DNA of 64,000 nucleotides from an uncultured delta proteobacterium (GTDB lineage: Bacteria; Desulfobacterota; Desulfobacteria; Desulfobacterales; UBA2156): positions 576,509 to 640,508 of the forward strand of contig CAVTQK010000015.1 of the NCBI GenBank assembly GCA_963736855.1. Direction: 5' to 3'. This document shows, one piece after another, positions 39,204 through 48,845 of this stretch. The notes under the pieces are model-generated. The model was not told the origin of the DNA. It did not search any database and was given only the letters and a program-made list of their open reading frames with translations. A program made the translations under genes and the position numbers. The number at the start of each line of letters is the position of its first letter. Position 1 is the first letter of the stretch.

Positions 39204-39360
39204 AATGATGAACTCGTAAAAAGTCGAAAATCAGATGGCAAAGTAAAAAGTTCAAGTTCAAGGCGTCGCGAATCCCGTGTGATGAGGCGTACTTATCGTA
39301 CGTCGAAATCGCAACGGGATGAAGCGCAACGCAGAAATTGGACTTTTTACGAAGCCATCA
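39204..39360 (+). repeat. Rep-A copy 1 (structured repeat / candidate 5' leader)
   Basis: 39241-39360 is identical to 40125-40243 apart from one 1-nt indel, and weaker similarity extends upstream. It contains nested helices GCGTCGCG/CGCAACGC, ATCCCGT/ACGGGAT and GGCGTAC-ttatc-GTACGTC. Ends 45 nt before the ATG at 39405. Confidence 0.85.
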
Positions 39361-39404
39361 AAGAATGTTTATCGCATTTTAATGGACAGGAAACGCATTT
39401 CATG

Positions 39405-39965
39405 TTCGATTGGCATACGTTATGGGTCGGCCTTCTCATTTTTGTAGCACGGGTGGGAGATGTCTCCATCGGAACTATCCGCACCATCGTTACGGTCCAG
39501 GGAAGGAGTGTCGTTGCATTTTTCCTGGGGATCTTTGAACTGCTTATCTGGATCACCGTGGTCAGCACCGTGATCCACCAGATTAAGGACCAACCGCTTC
39601 TGGCGCTTTTTTATGCATTCGGGTATGCCACGGGAAACGTGGTCGGCATTGCGGTAGAGCGGCGCCTGGCTCTCGGGATCGTCGTTTTGCGCGTTATTAC
39701 CCGGACCGTGGGGAAACAGTTGGCCGACCGGATCCGGGATTTGGGACAGCCCGTCACCATCTTTCGGGGAGAGGGGAGAGACGGCCCTGTGGACGAATTG
39801 TATATTGCCTGCCGGAGAAGAAATCTCGTCAAAATTCTGGATATCGTTCGTAAAGAGGATCCGGAAGCCTTCTATGTGACGGAGATGGCGAGGGACGTGC
39901 GAAAAACCGTAGGCCCGCCGATATTTTCGCCAACCGGATGGCGAGCTGTCCTGAAAAAGAAATGA
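39405..39965 (+). CDS. UPF0316/DUF2179-family membrane protein
   Basis: MFDWHTLWVGLLIFVARVGDVSIGTIRTI..., three TM helices, then a soluble DUF2179-like domain. The ORF-track N-terminus from 39279 reads through Rep-A and is rejected. Confidence 0.75.
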   Translation, partial: FDWHTLWVGLLIFVARVGDVSIGTIRTIVTVQGRSVVAFFLGIFELLIWITVVSTVIHQIKDQPLLALFYAFGYATGNVVGIAVERRLALGIVVLRVITRTVGKQLADRIRDLGQPVTIFRGEGRDGPVDELYIACRRRNLVKILDIVRKEDPEAFYVTEMARDVRKTVGPPIFSPTGWRAVLKKK

Positions 39966-40063
39966 TCCGCGCCTCCCTCTATTAATCACGTTTAATTCCG
40001 GTATAACACTGAGGTATTAATTAAAATAAGTAAAAACGATCTAATTTTGTAACGTGATTTTAA

Positions 40064-40092
40064 TTGACAAATTTTTATCCCATGTATAAAAT
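40064..40092 (+). promoter_or_regulatory. Sigma70-like promoter in front of Rep-A copy 2
   Basis: TTGACA (40064-40069), a 17-nt spacer, then TAAAAT (40087-40092). A similar TTGACAAAT box sits at 39163 before copy 1. Confidence 0.35.
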
Positions 40093-40244
40093 GATGATCT
40101 CATTAAAAGATCGAAAATCAGATCAAAGTAAAAAGTTCAAGTTCAAGGCGTCGCGAATCCCGTGTGATGAGGCGTACTTATCGTACGTCGAAATCGCAAC
40201 GGGATGAAGCGCAACGCAGAAATTGGCTTTTTACGAAGCCATCA
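40090..40244 (+). repeat. Rep-A copy 2
   Basis: See copy 1. Ends 98 nt before the ATG at 40342. Confidence 0.85.
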
Positions 40245-40341
40245 TAAAAATAAGTCTATCCATTTGATCCACAGATCTTGGGCCGATGGAAGGACGCCCA
40301 AGGCCGAGAGGGCCACTTATCAATCAATAAGGAGGGAAAAG

Positions 40342-41136
40342 ATGAGAATTCTGATCATTTTTCTGACACTGTTGGTCAGTGCGGCTCCGGCTTTGGGACA
40401 GTCGATGACACTGGTAACTCTCGGAGACAGCCTTACCGCCGGAGACGGGGATGAGGTGGGGGGTGGGTATCCGGTCAGGCTTCTGGCAAGGCTTCAAATC
40501 ACTTATCCCGGCTCGACACTCAACAATGTGGCGATATCGGGATTTACTTCGGCGGATCTGATTAATACTCAGCTAGGTCCGGCGGTGGATTTCCTGAACA
40601 CTGCTCCGGCCGGCAACGTGCGAATGGCGATCGTCTGGGTCGGCAGTAACGATTTATTCGGTCTCTACAATTATGTTTGCGATTTTGATTACGGAAACGA
40701 CTATTCGTTATGCGAAACCTATGATCTGCAGAATTTTACGAACAACATCGCGACTATTTTAGACTCGTTGCAGGCAACCGGTGCAAGAACCTATATCGCC
40801 TTGCTTGATGATCAGTCCCGGAGACCGTTCATGACCGATCCGGCCAGGCGTTTCGCAAGCTATGAGCGGATCAGCGACGTTGATCTTTCTCGGATGGCCC
40901 TTCAAGTCAGAAATTACAACAACTCAATTTTAGCCGCGGCGTTAGTTCGCGGTGTCGGCGTTGCCGATTTTTTCAATACCATCATTTTTGAAGATTGGGC
41001 CACGTTGAGTGAAGATGGAAATCATCCCAATGCAGCAGGCTATGATGTCATCACCGAGATCTGGTATCAAGTCGTCACAGCCAGCGGAACAGCGAAAACG
41101 GTCTCGGGTGTCAATTTAAAACCTCCTCGAAAATAA
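40342..41136 (+). CDS. Secreted SGNH/GDSL hydrolase
   Basis: RBS GGAGG, signal peptide MRILIIFLTLLVSAAPALG, block I GDSLTAGDG, block V DGNHPN. The ORF-track N-terminus from 40204 reads through Rep-A and is rejected. Confidence 0.85.
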   Translation: MRILIIFLTLLVSAAPALGQSMTLVTLGDSLTAGDGDEVGGGYPVRLLARLQITYPGSTLNNVAISGFTSADLINTQLGPAVDFLNTAPAGNVRMAIVWVGSNDLFGLYNYVCDFDYGNDYSLCETYDLQNFTNNIATILDSLQATGARTYIALLDDQSRRPFMTDPARRFASYERISDVDLSRMALQVRNYNNSILAAALVRGVGVADFFNTIIFEDWATLSEDGNHPNAAGYDVITEIWYQVVTASGTAKTVSGVNLKPPRK

Positions 41137-41202
41137 AAAATGGAGGGTTAAGAAAGTTTCTAACATTTTGGGCCTAAACGGATTGAGTCAGAAGATCCCA
41201 CT

Positions 41203-44200
41203 TTAATCCAAGACATTTCGAACTGCTTTTGCCAGTTCAATCCGGTCGAGAGGCTTTTCGATATAGTACTTGATACCGATCTGAGAGGCGGAGAAGGCAT
41301 CGATCTTCTGGCTATACCCCGTGCAAAGGATGACCGGCATATCGGGGCGAACGGAAAGGATTTCCTGAGCCAGGCGGTCTCCGGTCATATAGGGCATCGT
41401 CATATCGGTGATGACGACGTCAAAATGATGGGGGTCTTGTAAGAAAAGGGATAGGGCTTCAATCGGGTTTGTCTGTCCTTCTACACGATATCCCAGCCGT
41501 TCCAGTAATTGACAGCCGATTCCCACGATGAGTTCTTCATCATCGACAAACAGAATCCGTTCCGATCCGGTAGGAAGCGTCTCCTTTTTTTCAACCACCG
41601 ATTCCACTTCTCCTTCGTAAGCCGGAAAATAAATCGAAAAATCGGTCCCTTCACCCAGCGTGCTCTCGACCGCAATCGACCCCTCATGGTTTTTGACGAT
41701 CCCGTGTACGACGGAAAGCCCCAGCCCCGTTCCTTTGCCGACTTCCTTGGTGGTAAAATAAGGATCGAATATCCGATCCAGGTATTTTGCCTCTATTCCG
41801 GATCCGGTATCGCTGACCAGCAGTTTAACGTATCGGCCTGGAGTCAGAGAAACGGAGCCGATCGACATCTGAGCGTCAACGACGTGGTTGCCGAGGCCGA
41901 GAGTCAGGGTACCCCCGGTATCCTCCATGGAATGGGAGGCATTGGTGCACAGGTTGATGAGGACCTGGTGCATCTGGGCAGGATCCGCCAAAACGGGATC
42001 TACGTCTTCTTCGATTTGCGTGATCATGGCAATGTTGGATGGGATGGAAGCCCTCAGCAGCCTGAGGGATTCCGTGATGAGGAAGGACAGTTTCAGGGGT
42101 TTGCGCTTCTGCTCGGTTTTCCGGCTGAAGCTCAAGAGCTGTTTGACCACGTCCCTGGCTCTCAGGCTGGCCGTCTGGACTTCCTCCAGATGATGCTTGA
42201 CCGGGCTCCATTCTTGCACACTTTCCAAAGCCAACTCCGCATTTCCGAGTATAATCCCCAGGATATTGTTGAAGTCGTGGGCAATGCCGCCGGCCAGCGT
42301 TCCAATGGCTTCCATTTTTTTTGACTGTAAAATCTGCTCCTGGAGGCCTTTGATCTTTCTTTCCGAAAGGATTTTCTCCGTAACATCCCGACCGATACCG
42401 CTGATGAAAGGGTTTCCATCTTCGGGTCGGACCATAACGCTTCGGTATTCCAGATAAACTTTGCGGCCGCTTTTGGAACAGTAGACCGTAACGCCTTGAT
42501 GGCTTCCCTTTTCAAGGATTTGTTTGAGATATTCTTCTTGGAAAAGGGTTTTCAATTCGGGTTTCATGAAATCCGAAGCCATTTGTCCGATCAGCTCTTC
42601 GGGCTCATACCCCAGAATATGGGCGAACGAGGGATTAAAGGAAAGAAGTCGTCCTTCCAGATCATGGGTGTATACAAGGTCGCTGATGGCGTTAAAAAGG
42701 TCCCTGAACTTTTTTTCGGATCGATAAATTGATTCTGCGATGCGTTTTCGCTCGGTGATATCCTCGGCGACGCCGTCGAAATACTCTATTTTCCCACGGG
42801 AATTTTTAATGGCCACAATGGATGTGGAGGCGACAAAGGGGGTTTTGTCTCTTTTTAAAAGCTTGAGTTCTTCATTGCGTACCTGGCCTTGGGCGGTCAG
42901 TTTGGCGATAAGCCGGGTCAGGTCTTCAGGATCCTGAAAGGTGTCCGATGGTTTGACTGCAAGGAATTCCTTCAGTGTCTCATATCCGAACATGCGGGCC
43001 ATGGCGTAATTAGCCTCGAAAAATTGATTCTTGGAGAGGGTAGAGGTCCGGTATACGCCGATATTAAGGTTTTCCGTGAGTCTTTGATATCGGGTCTCCC
43101 TTTCATGAAGCTTTTCCTCCGCTTCCTTCCGATCCAGGATGTTGCCGATGATCCGGCTGCAGATTTTGAGGAGCGTAACGGTGTCTTCGGACCAGAATTT
43201 GGGTTCTTGTACCGAGTCAAAACCCAAAAAGCCTTTGATATTTCCGCCGCTTGCAACCGGGATGACGATCAGGGATCGGATGCCCAGCGTCTTGAAGTAA
43301 TTCTGTTCGAGCTGCGCTTCCATGGATAAATCATCGACATCCGAAAAATGGAAGGTTTCCATGGCGAGCATTTTCTCCCAAAACCATGGCAATTCTTCGT
43401 TTGCCGATATTCCCTGGAGACTGGCGATCTGCGGTTCTATTCCCGGGGCACACCATTCATGAGTATTGTCGATCAGCCGCCGGTCCGGTCTGACCTGGAA
43501 CAAATAGGCTCGATCCACCCCGGAGAATTTCCCGATAGCTTCCAGGGCCTGGTTGATCTTGACATCCGTTTCTCCGGCCTCTACAAAATTTGCGGAGAGC
43601 CGGGTGATGATTTGCTGAAACCGAATCCGGGACTCGAGGGCCTCTTCGGCATTTTTACGCTTGAAGAGGTTCTGGATCCAGTTGTCGAGGATGGTGTCTT
43701 CCGAAACAAACCCCAGGCGCTCCGTTGGCGGAATGTGATAGAAATTATCAAATACCTGCGAGCCGATGATGACGACCGCATGGGCGGTCAGGGCGTGCAG
43801 GAGATAGACGGAAGCCATTTTACGCCGATCGAACTGGCACAGACAAAGGACCTTGTTGTTGAGCACCCAGGTGTCAAGGAGGTCCCCAAATCGTCTGAAG
43901 GCATCAGATTCGGATATTTGGGAAACCCACGTAACCTCCATGGTTATCCGAAGCGCTGAATATCCGGCATCCAACGCTCTCTGCATCTGATCTTTAAGCC
44001 ATTCTATGGCGGTTTCCGGATCGAACTTGTTGCTTTTAAGGAGGGCTTCCTCGGCTTTGACGATGGAAAACCGGCCGTTTTCCGCCAGCGTCACAGGATC
44101 CAGTCCGTCATCGGCAAGATAGGACAGGATCATTTCAGGGGTCTGGTCGTGGGTGATATAGAGCATTTTTTCGCCCCGTTCCAGGCCAAGGCGAATGAAC

Positions 44201-44316
44201 GGAGTGAGCACCGCCTGGTGCTCGACATCGTTTTCATAAAGGAAACAAAGGTGGGCACCATGCCTCAAGTCGGCAAGGGTCTCCTTTAACGATATCGTTG
44301 ATTGGGGGTTATTCAT
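41203..44316 (-). CDS. Hybrid sensor histidine kinase / response regulator (MEDS-like N-terminus, GAF, two PAS, HisKA, HATPase, REC)
   Basis: 1037 aa. H-box IAHDFNNIL, G-boxes DTGSGI and GTGLGLS, and a C-terminal receiver (ILFVDDE...ITDMTMP). The N-terminal HLCFLYENDVEHQAVL resembles MEDS. Confidence 0.88.
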   Translation of the reverse strand: MNNPQSTISLKETLADLRHGAHLCFLYENDVEHQAVLTPFIRLGLERGEKMLYITHDQTPEMILSYLADDGLDPVTLAENGRFSIVKAEEALLKSNKFDPETAIEWLKDQMQRALDAGYSALRITMEVTWVSQISESDAFRRFGDLLDTWVLNNKVLCLCQFDRRKMASVYLLHALTAHAVVIIGSQVFDNFYHIPPTERLGFVSEDTILDNWIQNLFKRKNAEEALESRIRFQQIITRLSANFVEAGETDVKINQALEAIGKFSGVDRAYLFQVRPDRRLIDNTHEWCAPGIEPQIASLQGISANEELPWFWEKMLAMETFHFSDVDDLSMEAQLEQNYFKTLGIRSLIVIPVASGGNIKGFLGFDSVQEPKFWSEDTVTLLKICSRIIGNILDRKEAEEKLHERETRYQRLTENLNIGVYRTSTLSKNQFFEANYAMARMFGYETLKEFLAVKPSDTFQDPEDLTRLIAKLTAQGQVRNEELKLLKRDKTPFVASTSIVAIKNSRGKIEYFDGVAEDITERKRIAESIYRSEKKFRDLFNAISDLVYTHDLEGRLLSFNPSFAHILGYEPEELIGQMASDFMKPELKTLFQEEYLKQILEKGSHQGVTVYCSKSGRKVYLEYRSVMVRPEDGNPFISGIGRDVTEKILSERKIKGLQEQILQSKKMEAIGTLAGGIAHDFNNILGIILGNAELALESVQEWSPVKHHLEEVQTASLRARDVVKQLLSFSRKTEQKRKPLKLSFLITESLRLLRASIPSNIAMITQIEEDVDPVLADPAQMHQVLINLCTNASHSMEDTGGTLTLGLGNHVVDAQMSIGSVSLTPGRYVKLLVSDTGSGIEAKYLDRIFDPYFTTKEVGKGTGLGLSVVHGIVKNHEGSIAVESTLGEGTDFSIYFPAYEGEVESVVEKKETLPTGSERILFVDDEELIVGIGCQLLERLGYRVEGQTNPIEALSLFLQDPHHFDVVITDMTMPYMTGDRLAQEILSVRPDMPVILCTGYSQKIDAFSASQIGIKYYIEKPLDRIELAKAVRNVLD

Positions 44317-44423
44317 CCATCATCCGCCAGGAAAGAAATTTTTTTTGCTTGGATCCATTGGATCTTTATGCTTTATTGACTATTCGGAATCCCGAAAATT
44401 GTCAATGTTAACCCTGTTGTTGC

Positions 44424-44545
44424 AAAAGTCAGAGGCAAAGTAAAATGTCCCAGATCCAAGGCGTCGCGAACTTTTTTCTAATGATTGTCATGCTTATTTA
44501 CGCGAACTGCACGGGTTGAACGAACTGCATAAAAGGACTTGTTGC
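44424..44545 (+). repeat. Rep-A copy 3 (diverged)
   Basis: AAAAGTCAGAGGCAAAGTAAAATGTCCCAGATCCAAGGCGTCGCGAA... and ...TACGCGAACTGCACGGGTTGAACGAACTGCATAAAAGGACTT align with copies 1 and 2 with gaps. The central hairpins are not conserved. Lies about 85 nt upstream of the cupin gene. Confidence 0.55.
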
Positions 44546-44628
44546 TGGAACGGTAACGTGAAAAGCCTTCCTGTTAAAACTGCTAACTTCCGGTCGGAAA
44601 CGTCGGAATTTTAAAGCGAGGCGCTTTA

Positions 44629-45039
44629 ATGAAAATTGCAAATGCTCTTGAATGCGAAGATGTTAAAATCGATCGATTCCCCTTTAAAGGGAAAATGCAC
44701 CCCGTCATCGGTACAAGCATCCGTTGGCTTTCCCGCCATGGAGACGACGGGACCGGATACCCGGAATACGGGTTGCGCTATTTCACTATCCAGCCCGGCG
44801 GACAGATTCCGATCCACAACCATTTTTATCACCAGACCATGTTCATTTTGACCGGGACGGCCGAATGCCTCCAGTACGATCTGGAAACGGAACAGATTGT
44901 CCAGCAGAAAGTGACCGGGCCCGGTGACTTCATCTACATCCCGAGCATGGAGCCCCATGGCATGAAAAATATCGGGGACACCCCCCTCACTTTTCTGTGT
45001 TGTATTGCCAATGTGTACGAAGAAAAACCGCATGCTTAA
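44629..45039 (+). CDS. Cupin domain protein
   Basis: 136 aa with cupin motifs (PGGQIPIHNHFYHQTMFILTG; GDFIYIPSMEPHGMKN). Confidence 0.75.
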   Translation: MKIANALECEDVKIDRFPFKGKMHPVIGTSIRWLSRHGDDGTGYPEYGLRYFTIQPGGQIPIHNHFYHQTMFILTGTAECLQYDLETEQIVQQKVTGPGDFIYIPSMEPHGMKNIGDTPLTFLCCIANVYEEKPHA

Positions 45040-45070
45040 GGATTTCACTGTGAGCTCAAGGCTTTCGGTT

Positions 45071-45784
45071 TCAGAAAGTCAATCCGACATCCGGGGATTC
45101 CCAGGAGATGGATGCGGTTGTGGCCTGGATGACTAGTCGGGCCAGGATCTCGCCGAAAAGAGTATGCTTGCCGCAGTACCGGATCCGGTGCTGATCTTCT
45201 CCACATGCCAAAGCGATGGCATCGGTGCCGGTTCCGGTGGCGATAGCGTCGGAAATCCGGCTTCGAACTCCGCAGGCCTGCATGGCGACCGCCTTGGCCT
45301 CAGTGGCGAGTGTGATCGTCTCTACCATTGCCGCAGGCGTTAACGCCGCCGAGGTGAGGATAGCCGTGTTGATGGTCCCGGCTCCGGGTATGGTGTTGTC
45401 GAGGCTTCGGTATTCGGAAAGATCCCCCGCTCGCATGGGATTGGAGAGTCCCGAAGTCACCAGTACGATCGTTTCTATGCCATGCACACGGTTTTGAGCA
45501 ATTCTTAGGGAGTTCATCGATGCAGCCGTCATCATACCTACTGTTACCCCCTGCCATCCGAAGCGGTCACAATACTCAGTCAGGGTGTTTTCCGGCGGCT
45601 CCAATGGCGCGTTCGGATTTTTGGGGTGTTTGGGAACCCTGAGGTTTAAAATGGCATCCGCGTGCACCCAGCCGCCATTGAGCACAGCCGAGCTGAGCAC
45701 CGGAAGGGGTTTTTCGAAGACAAGGCGGATATGGTCTTCGGTCCGTTCGAGTTGAAGGTAACAGTGCGTAATAATTGGAGTCAT
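45071..45784 (-). CDS. cbiZ: Adenosylcobinamide amidohydrolase (CbiZ family)
   Basis: 237 aa with VLSSAVLNGG, GMMTAASM, GTINTAIL and ATGTGTDAIALA blocks, as in CbiZ. Assignment from family memory only. Confidence 0.65.
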   Translation of the reverse strand: MTPIITHCYLQLERTEDHIRLVFEKPLPVLSSAVLNGGWVHADAILNLRVPKHPKNPNAPLEPPENTLTEYCDRFGWQGVTVGMMTAASMNSLRIAQNRVHGIETIVLVTSGLSNPMRAGDLSEYRSLDNTIPGAGTINTAILTSAALTPAAMVETITLATEAKAVAMQACGVRSRISDAIATGTGTDAIALACGEDQHRIRYCGKHTLFGEILARLVIQATTASISWESPDVGLTF

Positions 45785-45950
45785 GGTTTACCTTTAGAAA
45801 TCATAACGGTCAAAAAAACAGAATGCGATGGGCAACGCGAACCTTTTTCCAGAACGTATGCTTCGCCCAGATCTTATGATCGACATCGCACCGGTGGTTT
45901 TTTTACATTGAAACTCATTTAATTTTCCCATAGATTATGAGTGAAAAGTC

Positions 45951-46856
45951 ATGAAGATACGGCAGAAACACTCGGATGAATCCATTCCCAAGCCTTCGTG
46001 GCTGCGCCTTCGACTTCCCTCCGGAGGGGTATACGAGCAGGTGCGGTCCCTGGTTTCCGACGGCCGGCTTCATACGGTCTGTCAGGAGGCTCAATGCCCC
46101 AATATCTGGGAGTGCTTTTCTCACAGAACGGCAACTTTTCTGATCCTTGGAAATCACTGTACGCGAAACTGCCGGTTTTGCGCAATTGAACCGGGTCCCG
46201 GAGACCCTTTGCAAGCAGATGAGCCTCAACGTGTCGCCGAAGCAGCCCGGAAGCTTAATCTGAATTATGTCGTCGTCACATCAGTGACTCGCGACGATCT
46301 TCCGGACGGGGGTGCAGGTGTTTTTGCCGAAACGATTCATGCGGTCCGGAAAAGCATTCCGGATGTTAAGGTGGAGGTTCTGGTTCCGGATTTCAAAGGA
46401 TCCAAAGAAGCCCTGATGACGGTTCTGAAAGCGATCCCCGATGTGCTTAACCACAACATGGAAACAGTCCGCAGGCTGTACCCCAGGGTCCGTCCCGAAG
46501 CTGACTATCAAAGATCTCTGCAATTGATTCGGCGCGTCAGCGAGAATGAGCCGGCCATTCAATCCAAATCAGGATTGATGCTGGGATTTGGTGAAACCGC
46601 TAAGGAGATCCGGGAAACCCTTACAGACCTCAGGTTCGCGCAATGCCGCATCCTGACTCTCGGTCAATACCTGTGTCCCGGCAAAAATCATCTTCCGGTG
46701 AGCCGTTTTATTCCCCCGGAAGAATTTGAAGAGTGGCGGAAAACCGCATTGCAAATGGGGTTTGAAGAGGTGGCCAGCGCGCCGTTCGTGAGAAGCTCCT
46801 ATCGTGCGGATGCTTGTATCGGAAAGCAGCAAATGATCCAAAGCAGGGCGGTCTAG
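45951..46856 (+). CDS. lipA: Lipoyl synthase
   Basis: Auxiliary cluster CQEAQCPNIWEC and radical-SAM CTRNCRFC. 301 aa. Confidence 0.93.
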   Translation: MKIRQKHSDESIPKPSWLRLRLPSGGVYEQVRSLVSDGRLHTVCQEAQCPNIWECFSHRTATFLILGNHCTRNCRFCAIEPGPGDPLQADEPQRVAEAARKLNLNYVVVTSVTRDDLPDGGAGVFAETIHAVRKSIPDVKVEVLVPDFKGSKEALMTVLKAIPDVLNHNMETVRRLYPRVRPEADYQRSLQLIRRVSENEPAIQSKSGLMLGFGETAKEIRETLTDLRFAQCRILTLGQYLCPGKNHLPVSRFIPPEEFEEWRKTALQMGFEEVASAPFVRSSYRADACIGKQQMIQSRAV

Positions 46857-46935
46857 GGAATGGAACGTATAAACGACAAATAATTCTCCGGTCGATTGCG
46901 TTGATCGCGATGTCGCCCTACTGGATTTGCAAAAA

Positions 46936-47352
46936 TTATCCAAACCGGCTCGTCCCTGATTGCAAATTAATTTGGGAAAATACTCCCGGTTTTTCTCTTA
47001 TAAAAGGAGAGCAGCATCGGGTCCGATGCCAGTTTTTAGCCTCTTCTTTGGCGATCTCTTTTGCTTTGGATAAATCCAGGTCCTTTTGGTTTATGGTGAT
47101 TTTGATGTGGTTTCCCCAAAACGAATCGAGTGCTTCGGGTGTCATGGTTACAATCTCCTGTTTAGTATCTGCTCTCGAAAAGCACATTACCTGTCCTTCT
47201 GAATTCAATGCGGCTTCCACAGGAACACGGAAATCATTAAAGTAGGGATGGATCCAATTGAAGGATATCATTGATTTGCCGGAATTCAAGGACCGGATCC
47301 ATGTTTTCAGTGACCGTGCCCATGCCGGAAAAATTCTGGCTGATATGCTCAA
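46936..47352 (-). CDS. Hypothetical protein (start uncertain)
   Basis: ORF only. Its 5' part overlaps the divergent PRTase start, so the real start may be an internal Met. No motif recognised. Confidence 0.25.
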   Translation of the reverse strand: MSISARIFPAWARSLKTWIRSLNSGKSMISFNWIHPYFNDFRVPVEAALNSEGQVMCFSRADTKQEIVTMTPEALDSFWGNHIKITINQKDLDLSKAKEIAKEEAKNWHRTRCCSPFIREKPGVFSQINLQSGTSRFG

Positions 47353-47953
47353 ATCATATAATGATCCAGCATCCCTGATCTTAGCAATTCCGGCCGGCGG
47401 CGTTCCGATAGGTTATGAGGTTGCAAAAAGATTGAAGCTTCAATTGGATGTTGCTGTGGTAAGCAAAATAACGCTTCCATGGAATACAGAGGCTGGATAC
47501 GGCGCGGTCGCCTTCGATGGAACCGTTCAGTTGAATCAAGCGCTCATAAAAGGATTGGGTTTAACCCAAAAAGAGATTAAAAAAGGAATCAGGGAGACCT
47601 CTGAAAAAGTACGGCGTCGCGTATTGAGGCTCAGGGGTTCCCGGCCTTTTCCGGATCTTAAAGGGCGAAAAATCCTCCTGATTGACGATGGGCTGGCTTC
47701 AGGATTTACCATGATGGTGGCCATTGAGGCGCTCCGAAATGCAGGAGCTGAAAAGGTCATCGTAGCCGTCCCGACAGCTCATTTGGAATCCGCACAAAAC
47801 GTTCTTAGAACAGCCGATGAAATGTTTTCCCCCAATCTCAGGAGCGGCCTGCGATTTGCTGTTGCCAGCGCCTATGTTAGATGGTCGGATGTAACAGAAG
47901 AAGAAGCCATCTCCATCCTGGAGAGATTAGCTGCATACCCTCCAGCGGGATAG
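47258..47953 (+). CDS. Phosphoribosyltransferase family protein
   Basis: PRPP loop ILLIDDGLASGFTM. N-terminal FSDRAHAGKILADML is typical of this stand-alone PRTase family. TTG start. Confidence 0.75.
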   Translation: MKDIIDLPEFKDRIHVFSDRAHAGKILADMLKSYNDPASLILAIPAGGVPIGYEVAKRLKLQLDVAVVSKITLPWNTEAGYGAVAFDGTVQLNQALIKGLGLTQKEIKKGIRETSEKVRRRVLRLRGSRPFPDLKGRKILLIDDGLASGFTMMVAIEALRNAGAEKVIVAVPTAHLESAQNVLRTADEMFSPNLRSGLRFAVASAYVRWSDVTEEEAISILERLAAYPPAG

Positions 47954-48056
47954 ATCCCCTTGCGGCTTTTTCATCGAAGCGAACAATTAAAAGTCCCGGC
48001 ATTTTGAATTTTCTCAAACAGGCTGAGTGAAAATGGGAATCTTTAAGCGGCCCCGA

Positions 48057-48845
48057 TCACTCCGGCCGCTTGTTAATACGTTCTGCTTCAATCAGTATGA
48101 CTGCACTCATTGATCGCGGCATGATTTTCGCATCCAAAAGGGCGAACAGAGAAAAGATCCGATTACACCACTGAAAGAGGGGCACATAGATCCATGCCGG
48201 AACCGATGTTATAGCCGGTAATGACCGAGGTCGCTTTACCCTGCCGGTCAGGGTTATCAGGGAGATCGCCGTGATCATGGATATTTTTTCAAGCGGGCCC
48301 AGAACCTTTTCAAGTCTCCGGGGGGATAGCCCCGCCAGGTTCAATTTATGGCTGATATCCTCCAGGTTATATCTCCGGTAGTGATTGACATAGACATCGT
48401 CAAGTGCGAAGTAGGCGGCTCTGTGGGGAAATGTGATAACACAGCACCCTTCGGGCTTCAACACTCTTGCCATTTCCCGCAGTGCTGAAACATCGTTTTC
48501 TATATGCTCGATGACTTCCGAGCTGACACAATGTAAAATTGTCCGGCTTTTAAAAGGGAGGGCGGTGCCGTCCGCGACAACATAATTCCCTTTGCCGAAC
48601 ACGCCTTTTAATATTTTTAATCCGGTGAGCGACACATCAGTATAGACGGTTCTCCAGGTTATGGCAGATACCGGCGAGATGCCGGAACCGACCTCCACTA
48701 CCCATCCGGAAGGCTTTTTTGCCAGAATGCCGGCGATGGCTCTTTTACGAAGAAGGTAGTTATAGAGATGATTTTTCAGAAAAATGTAGACACTAGCCGA
48801 GAAAAAATCCTGGAACCTGTTGGATGGCCGTGCTGACGCATTCAT
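48057..48845 (-). CDS. Class I SAM-dependent methyltransferase
   Basis: Motif I VVEVGSGISP. Start at ATG 48845 gives an ATGA overlap with the upstream GT2 stop. The ORF maximum of 48998 is rejected. Confidence 0.75.
   Translation of the reverse strand: MNASARPSNRFQDFFSASVYIFLKNHLYNYLLRKRAIAGILAKKPSGWVVEVGSGISPVSAITWRTVYTDVSLTGLKILKGVFGKGNYVVADGTALPFKSRTILHCVSSEVIEHIENDVSALREMARVLKPEGCCVITFPHRAAYFALDDVYVNHYRRYNLEDISHKLNLAGLSPRRLEKVLGPLEKISMITAISLITLTGRVKRPRSLPAITSVPAWIYVPLFQWCNRIFSLFALLDAKIMPRSMSAVILIEAERINKRPE

Noticed and set aside
39279-39404. N-terminal 42 aa of track ORF 39279..39965, and likewise 40204..40341 of ORF 40204..41136
   Set aside because: Both extensions are translations of the Rep-A repeat in different frames. 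The true starts (39405 and 40342) have family-typical N-termini, and 40342 has a GGAGG RBS.
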